From positions 51,732-115,731 of IMG/VR virus record IMGVR_UViG_3300029288_000095: 64,000 bases of DNA; one strand, 5' to 3'. Within the stretch, counting starts at the first letter, position 1; each line of letters begins with the position of its first letter. The stretch is from a virus. Taxonomy: Duplodnaviria; Caudoviricetes. Shown here in pieces: positions 57,683 through 64,000 of the stretch. A program made the position numbers and the translations under genes. The notes beneath the pieces were generated by a model that was given only the letters and a program-made list of their open reading frames with translations, was not told the origin of the DNA and did not search any database.

Positions 57683-59167
57683 ATGGCAAAGAAAACATTT
57701 GATGAAATAGTACAAGATATACGAGATTATATTCTCGCTAATAGACCGCAAGTAAATACGGAAGAAGGTTCTGTTACGCGGGATCTTTTCATTGAACCGC
57801 CAGCAAACGAAATACAAAATATCTATATAGAAAATGACCGAATAAAACTTATCCATTCATTGTACTATCAAGAATTTATGACTGAAGATGAATTGGATAT
57901 GTTAGGGTTTAACTATAATATCGCGCGTAAAGACGCTACCGAATCTTCTGGGACGATTACACTTTATCGATCGGCGGCGATTACGCAAGATATTTTGATT
58001 CCTTCTGGTTCTGTTTTTTCTACGCAAAAAGACGTAAATCTTAATTCATATTCTTTTGCTACTGCGGCTGATACAACCATGTACGCCGCGCAATCGGCGA
58101 CTTATTATAATACGACTACTGGTTATTATGAAATAGATATTGATGTTACTTCGACTACGACTGGCATAGAAACAAATGTCGGCGTAAATACCGTTAGAGT
58201 TATTTCAAGCGGAACAAATGATTTTCTCGGTGTGAGGAATGATGCGGTATTCACTGGCGGAACTGATTCTGAAACGAATCTTGTTTATGCACAAAGAATA
58301 TTGGATGCACTTGCGGGGAACAATGTCGGAACTGAATATGGCTATAAACGCGCTGTGCTTACTTCTACTTATGTTAACGATGCGGTAGTTATACAACCAG
58401 GCGATACGCTTATGACGCGGGATAATGGTTATGGTGGTAAAGTCGATATTTATATTAAAGTGGACACAACAAATGCAAATACCTACACCACAGCAACAGA
58501 TGTTTTTGTTTTCGCTGATGCTAGTGGCGGCGTCGGTGCAAGCGATCCGTCAAATGATTATATTCTTCTTGAACGTCCAGTAAAATCAATTACAAGTGTG
58601 ACTGGAAGTATTTCTGGCGCTTTAGTCGCTGGTGTTGATTATAATTTTGTTCCAGATACTACTTCGGCTTATTCGGATAGTACTAGATCAAACGATAAGA
58701 TACATTTCTTGAAAACGAATGTTCCTATTTTTGGAGAAACGCTGACGATAGTGTATGTATATTATAGTATCGTTGAAGATGTAAAAGATATTATTGATAC
58801 TGAACGGCAAAAAATAGTTACCGCTGATGTTCTTATCAAACTCGCTAAAAAAGTTCCAGTCAATGTTGCTGTTACGGTTTATGCGGATGATACAATCACT
58901 GATGCGACTGTGTTCCAAGCTTCGGTTCAGACGGCTATTGAAACAGCTCTGAATTCTGCCGTGCTTAATAATAAAATAGAACAATCGGATCTTGTAAATA
59001 CAATTTATACGGTTGATGGTGTTGATCGCGTTAATCTTCCATTCACTACGCTTAATGCTCCTTCAAAGGCGGCGTATACTGTTGGACCTTATAATCAAAT
59101 CATATTTGACGGGAATGAATATTCTTGGACGGGAACTGTTACGGTAACAGTCGTGTTGGCGGTGTAG
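57683..59167 (+). CDS. Baseplate J-like protein
   Basis: GSVTRD, LDMLG.NY.IARK.AT, IPSG, GGTDSET...AQR, GKVDIY. Confidence 0.9.
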   Translation: MAKKTFDEIVQDIRDYILANRPQVNTEEGSVTRDLFIEPPANEIQNIYIENDRIKLIHSLYYQEFMTEDELDMLGFNYNIARKDATESSGTITLYRSAAITQDILIPSGSVFSTQKDVNLNSYSFATAADTTMYAAQSATYYNTTTGYYEIDIDVTSTTTGIETNVGVNTVRVISSGTNDFLGVRNDAVFTGGTDSETNLVYAQRILDALAGNNVGTEYGYKRAVLTSTYVNDAVVIQPGDTLMTRDNGYGGKVDIYIKVDTTNANTYTTATDVFVFADASGGVGASDPSNDYILLERPVKSITSVTGSISGALVAGVDYNFVPDTTSAYSDSTRSNDKIHFLKTNVPIFGETLTIVYVYYSIVEDVKDIIDTERQKIVTADVLIKLAKKVPVNVAVTVYADDTITDATVFQASVQTAIETALNSAVLNNKIEQSDLVNTIYTVDGVDRVNLPFTTLNAPSKAAYTVGPYNQIIFDGNEYSWTGTVTVTVVLAV

Positions 59168-59168
59168 G

Positions 59169-60113
59169 ATGCCATCAAATTGTTTATGTGACTGCACAAC
59201 TTATCTGGACGAAATGATTCAGAAAATTTCTGAAAAAGTCTACAAGGCTAATGATCCAGATACTTTTATTTATCAAATGCTGAAGGCGATCAATAACGAA
59301 TTGTGCGAAGCGCATGACGATCTTATAAAAGCAAAAAATGATATTTATCTTTGGAACGATGTTGTAGCCGAACCAGTTATCAAGGGTGTTGAACATGGCA
59401 TAGACTGTCTTCAAAATCGCGCCGTAGCTGAAATATTGAGTGTCGGTTTAACACCTGGCGCGAGTGATTATTTTGAAAACATTGACTTTGTTCGTGTTGA
59501 ATGTGGTGTGGCTTGGTACATTCCTACACAATATTACGGTAGCTATTACGGCTACGGATACGGCGGCGGTACATACCAATATGGATTCAATCAGTATTAC
59601 AATCAATACTATCCTTGGGGTAGAGCTGAACCGCCGATGGGAACAACATATTATGTAACATACCGTTATGGTGTACGTGATGAAAATCTTTACAACAATT
59701 TTGGTATGTTGGTTAAGCTTAGAAAGCAAGACTTGTGGGATTATCCACAATATAGAAAAGCAATAAAGACATTGATACTTTCATTTCTCGGCGGACCAGC
59801 GGTTGAAAACATTAAAGATGCCTTATCTGTTTTCCATAACCGCGATTATATAGAAATACAAGAACTGTATTTGAATGGATGGATATTAGATCAAAGTATC
59901 CTTTATACTGAAACGGAATATAACGACCCAACATTAAATACTTCCAATGGATGTATCTTAATCGGCGAACAAGAATCGCTTTATACTTTCGTTATACGAT
60001 TCCATTTTTCTGAAACAATGTCAGCGCAGACAAAGGCTATTCTGAATGAGATCATTGCAATCATAAAGCCGGCTCATACTAAAGTAATTGTACAATATCT
60101 TATAGGTTATTAA
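59169..60113 (+). CDS. Baseplate wedge protein (gpI-like)
   Basis: LYNNFG..V, YRKAI..L...F.GGP, IKPAHT ending. Confidence 0.7.
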   Translation: MPSNCLCDCTTYLDEMIQKISEKVYKANDPDTFIYQMLKAINNELCEAHDDLIKAKNDIYLWNDVVAEPVIKGVEHGIDCLQNRAVAEILSVGLTPGASDYFENIDFVRVECGVAWYIPTQYYGSYYGYGYGGGTYQYGFNQYYNQYYPWGRAEPPMGTTYYVTYRYGVRDENLYNNFGMLVKLRKQDLWDYPQYRKAIKTLILSFLGGPAVENIKDALSVFHNRDYIEIQELYLNGWILDQSILYTETEYNDPTLNTSNGCILIGEQESLYTFVIRFHFSETMSAQTKAILNEIIAIIKPAHTKVIVQYLIGY

Positions 60114-60161
60114 AGTTGAAATATAGTAAATTATAGAATCCCCAAAAATAGGTAAATAAAC

Positions 60162-63100
60162 ATGTCGTTTACAAAAACCACAAAAGCCACGAAATTTTAC
60201 AGCGGTCAACGCGTTGATGTTGCGGATATGCAGACGAATCTTTTGCAATATCTTATTGACAACGGGCGTCATATGCAGATCAAGGCGCTCGGCGATGGAG
60301 TTATTTCTGGTCTGACTGTTACCGACAATAGCCTTGCAATATCACAGATTCTTTCTGGAAGTGAAATTGCTACGCTGAAGGGGAACACGGCTAACAAACT
60401 TTGCCAAGTATTTCAAGCAAAAACTTCAAATATACAAAATATTATTTTAAGCATTAAGCGGACTAATACTTGTACTGGTTCTCTTACGATGTCTATCTGC
60501 CCGTTGACCGATACTACTGATCCGACTTCTGTGATTCAATACACTTCTACTGTCGCGCAAGCATCTGTAACTGAAAGCGGAATCGGAACTAGCCTTGGCG
60601 ATATAACTTTTAATTTTATGGCAACAGCAGTTGGCGCTTATGGTGCGTTGACTGTTGGACATTATTACGCAATTATGTTGCAGAGTAGCACGACCGATGT
60701 TGGAACAAGTGGAACATTATCTTTTGCTTATAGTTCAGCAAATCCATACGCATACGGATTTATTCGCGAAGTTACGTCAAGCGTGACTACGGATCACGCA
60801 ACTTGGGATTTATATTTCAAAATATATTCTGACTGTGTTTCTCTTTCAACTGGTTTTGGTTACAAAGAAGGGCAGCCAATAATTGTTGATACGGCTGTAT
60901 CTGAAGTAGAACTTATTGAAACAACTGGCTCTGATAACTTTCTTTGTGTGCGTTATGTAGGAACTTTGACCGATCTTGAAGTTAATCCAACGTGGGGTAC
61001 GAACGAATATTCGCGAACTTTGGACGATTATGAAATTGAAGTTTTTAACACCGCGTTTACGTCAATTGATTCGTCATGGCTGATACTTTATAAGATCAAT
61101 CACAACAACGGTCTGTCTTTGACGATCAGTGATATGCGCCCATATATGCCGCATAGCAATCTTTTGTATCAAGTCTATCTGCAAGATGAACTTGCTCCGT
61201 ATGTTGCAACCGCGCTTCAAAGAACGATGGCAAATATTCCATACAATGACGATTACACCACCGTTCTTACAGACGTTACTAAAATAAAAATATATCGCGA
61301 AGACGATGAGTTCACTTCTAAGGCAATCGCAACAGGGACGCCGGCAAGTTCGGGTACAGTAAATATCAATCCAGCGACGAAAGAATTATATTTTCACGCA
61401 AGCGATGTAACCGCAGATACAAAAATTTATGTAGACTATTACGCTGTTCTTTCGGCGTACAGAAATGTTTTCACAATTCAAGATTTGGAAGTTCTTGGTA
61501 ATGCCGTTTTCAGCGGCAACATAAAACTGACAGGTAATATCAGTTTTGACCAGAAAGCGATTGATTCTTCTTCGGATACGGAAAATGATGATTATGTAGG
61601 CGCGGAAACAAATCTTAAAGAAGATTTGGATAGAATTAAACACGAAATAAAACAAATCAAAGGATTTACCGCGTTAAATACTTGGCGGACTGCATCATCA
61701 AGTTCTCTGCTACAATCTGATTTTGACTTAGCCGGGTATACTGGTGATGGCATAGTAAAAAATGTAAAAGACGGCGCATTGAATAAATTAGATTATGATG
61801 TAACTACTGGATATAGTTTTACAATTGACACTGGTAAAGCTATCATAAATAAGAAAACAACTGGTTTTGATTCAGTTACTACTTTAACAGTAGTCGCGCC
61901 TACAGTTGGCGACGGACTAGTTCAAGTAGCTTCTGAATCAAAAGCGTTAACGGGAAACTTTGGTAAAAATACTTTGACCAATGTGCATAAAATACTTACC
62001 ATTTCAAATGTCTTGGGTGACATAATTCGTTATGGCGTTGACGGATGCACGTTCGCTGTTGACGGAAGCAATGTTGTTGTGACAAAAGCGAACCATCATT
62101 TTCTTGAAGGCGATTATATTACTATCGTACATACGCAAGATAAGGATACTACAGCTCCGACATTGATAAATTCGGGTTCAATTACAAAAGATACATTTAG
62201 TGTTCCATCCGCGTCTTTGGGCGCTGGAACTGAAGCCAATAATCTTGACGGTTATGTCGTGCTTGATACCAACGGTGGCGCTACAACCGAAATCGGTTGC
62301 GATCTTTATGGATCGGCAAAAATATTCCGTGTGATAAATGCGACGACACAAGACGCAAATACATGGGCTTATACATATGCCCTTCCAAGATACGATATTG
62401 TTGAAATGGGTAATGATGCGGCAATTACAATTACAAAAGGTACTGCGGCGGCATCGCCAACAATACCAACTGTAACCGACATCAATCACCAAAAGCTTTA
62501 TGAAATCTACGTGGAAGAATTGTTGGACAATGTTGCGGGAACTAATTATTCGGCGTATATGTCAGGCGTACATAATGGGCGTTTGAAAACTATTACAACG
62601 GCATTTACGGATAGAAGAACATGGCTTGAAAACACATGGGAAAAAATTTATGCGGCCAGCATGGACGTATTTTCTTCTGCGCAAGCTCATTATGATGATC
62701 GAATAAAAAGATTGTACCGTTATAAATCCGATGCGCGGATATCAAACATAGACGTGATTGACGTAGAGCATGGCGATCTGCACGTTGAATTTTTATATAA
62801 CGACGATATCGGTTCAAGCGATACGAGCAAAATATCTACGTTCATGTATTCGCACCAAGAAGAAAAGGTTTATGTAAAAAATCAATCATATCACGCTACG
62901 GCTTACTACATTACTGGCGAGCAACATTTAACATCTTTGGCACAAAAAACACGCGGCGTGATTTTTGTTACTGAAGACGCCACAGAATATCTTATGGCGG
63001 TCAACGCCGTGAACACTATATCATTAGCCGTCAGCGGTATTGCTTCAAATATCACTGACGTTGATCACGATATAGATTTCCAGATTTGGGGAAATGGTCT

Positions 63101-63344
63101 TGTTCAAAAAGATTCGGCTACAGAAGTTCTGCATAAGATCGCGCTCCATGGTAGCGGGACTGTTTTTGCTACGTCTTTGAATGCTGACTATATCTCCGAT
63201 GGATATTCTGGTACAAGCCTAAGCGCGGAAAATTATATCAGACTTACGAATTGGAAAACGGGTTTGATATTCAAAAACGAGTCGGGAACCGCTTATCGCG
63301 TGTCGGTATCTAACGCGGGTGCATTTGTAGTTAATGCGATCTAG
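60162..63344 (+). CDS. Baseplate/tail fibre attachment protein
   Basis: 1060 aa; FYSGQRV...D start, GVISGL.V, PRYDIV..KGT....P..P modules; T-rich. Confidence 0.65.
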   Translation: MSFTKTTKATKFYSGQRVDVADMQTNLLQYLIDNGRHMQIKALGDGVISGLTVTDNSLAISQILSGSEIATLKGNTANKLCQVFQAKTSNIQNIILSIKRTNTCTGSLTMSICPLTDTTDPTSVIQYTSTVAQASVTESGIGTSLGDITFNFMATAVGAYGALTVGHYYAIMLQSSTTDVGTSGTLSFAYSSANPYAYGFIREVTSSVTTDHATWDLYFKIYSDCVSLSTGFGYKEGQPIIVDTAVSEVELIETTGSDNFLCVRYVGTLTDLEVNPTWGTNEYSRTLDDYEIEVFNTAFTSIDSSWLILYKINHNNGLSLTISDMRPYMPHSNLLYQVYLQDELAPYVATALQRTMANIPYNDDYTTVLTDVTKIKIYREDDEFTSKAIATGTPASSGTVNINPATKELYFHASDVTADTKIYVDYYAVLSAYRNVFTIQDLEVLGNAVFSGNIKLTGNISFDQKAIDSSSDTENDDYVGAETNLKEDLDRIKHEIKQIKGFTALNTWRTASSSSLLQSDFDLAGYTGDGIVKNVKDGALNKLDYDVTTGYSFTIDTGKAIINKKTTGFDSVTTLTVVAPTVGDGLVQVASESKALTGNFGKNTLTNVHKILTISNVLGDIIRYGVDGCTFAVDGSNVVVTKANHHFLEGDYITIVHTQDKDTTAPTLINSGSITKDTFSVPSASLGAGTEANNLDGYVVLDTNGGATTEIGCDLYGSAKIFRVINATTQDANTWAYTYALPRYDIVEMGNDAAITITKGTAAASPTIPTVTDINHQKLYEIYVEELLDNVAGTNYSAYMSGVHNGRLKTITTAFTDRRTWLENTWEKIYAASMDVFSSAQAHYDDRIKRLYRYKSDARISNIDVIDVEHGDLHVEFLYNDDIGSSDTSKISTFMYSHQEEKVYVKNQSYHATAYYITGEQHLTSLAQKTRGVIFVTEDATEYLMAVNAVNTISLAVSGIASNITDVDHDIDFQIWGNGLVQKDSATEVLHKIALHGSGTVFATSLNADYISDGYSGTSLSAENYIRLTNWKTGLIFKNESGTAYRVSVSNAGAFVVNAI

Positions 63345-63352
63345 GACAACCA

Positions 63353-64000
63353 ATGTTCGACTATATCCAAAACATTTTAAGTAAACTGCTTGATACGGCG
63401 GATAATCCGATTATCAAAGCCGGCAGTAATCTTCTTGATAAGAACGGCGTTTCTATTCTTGATGAGAATGGCAATTATCGTTCTACCACTGGCGCGGTGA
63501 TGAAGACGCAAGTTTTCACTTCTAACGGAACTTGGGTTAATCCAAATGCTTCTACGGTGGTTACGGTTTTATGTGTTGGTGCTGGTGGTGCTGGTGGCGC
63601 CGGAGAATATCTTGGTGGAAATGCAACTGGCGGCGGCGGCGGCGGTGCGGGATGTGTAAAATTAGCAACAATTACTTCTTCTGGAGATGTTACTGTCACT
63701 GTTGGACCAACTGGAAATACAAGCTTTGGTGCATATTTAATAGCCGCTGCCGGTTCTAGTGGTATTAACGGTGGTGGTGTAGGTGGAGATGGCGGCGCGG
63801 GAGCTGGGTTCGGCGCGGGCGGAGGCGGAGCAGGCGGCGGATATGGAGGGACTAATGGCGGTGCTGGTGGAGCGGGCGGAGGATATTCAACCGCTGGAAC
63901 CAACGGCACGGCTGGTTCTGGTGTTGGAGCATCCGCTGGCGGCACGGGTGGTGTTACCACTGGTACGGGCGGTTTCACAATGTTTTCTGGTGGTGCAGGC
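63353..64000 (+). CDS. Glycine-rich tail fibre protein (partial, runs off the window)
   Basis: Hand translation MFDYIQ...QVFTSNGTWVNP..VTVLCVGAGGAGG followed by poly-Gly repeats; no stop seen before the window end. Confidence 0.75.
   Translation, partial: MFDYIQNILSKLLDTADNPIIKAGSNLLDKNGVSILDENGNYRSTTGAVMKTQVFTSNGTWVNPNASTVVTVLCVGAGGAGGAGEYLGGNATGGGGGGAGCVKLATITSSGDVTVTVGPTGNTSFGAYLIAAAGSSGINGGGVGGDGGAGAGFGAGGGGAGGGYGGTNGGAGGAGGGYSTAGTNGTAGSGVGASAGGTGGVTTGTGGFTMFSGGAG

Noticed and set aside
63475-63978. Proline-rich - strand ORF
   Set aside because: Reverse complement of the poly-glycine fibre gene starting at 63353
1-64000. Stop-codon reassignment, diversity-generating retroelement, introns or inteins
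   Set aside because: Long genes are intact in code 11 and end with TAA, TAG and TGA; no reverse transcriptase, TR/VR pair or intein motif was seen

Overview
This 64 kb window is part of a large, AT-rich, contractile-tailed (myovirus-like) phage genome in the standard genetic code. The + strand carries the late/structural module: large head-associated proteins, portal, prohead protease, scaffold-like polyprotein, decoration protein, HK97-fold major capsid protein, a ~15 kb block of ~20 mostly glycan-synthesis/transfer genes, fibre/lectin proteins, neck, sheath, tube, a frameshifted chaperone pair, tape measure, baseplate and tail fibres. Interleaved on the - strand are units driven by sigma70-type promoters: a cassette-like run of small ORFs, a solo TnpB and several non-coding units. 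The most unusual signal is two promoter-driven arrays of structured non-coding units (6098-6720 and ~10255-11014). Six units are closed by their own terminal stem and preceded by a boxA-like GTTCTTTGAAA, and three share a tRNA-like frame with a swappable middle. Also notable are repeated K/R-x-A motifs that divide head proteins into apparent cargo domains, a small hairpin RNA with an anti-Shine-Dalgarno-like loop, and a recurring candidate late promoter AAAGTTGA-N16/17-GAA. All calls are from reading motifs by eye; no database search or folding program was run. No terminase, canonical tRNA or CRISPR array was recognised.
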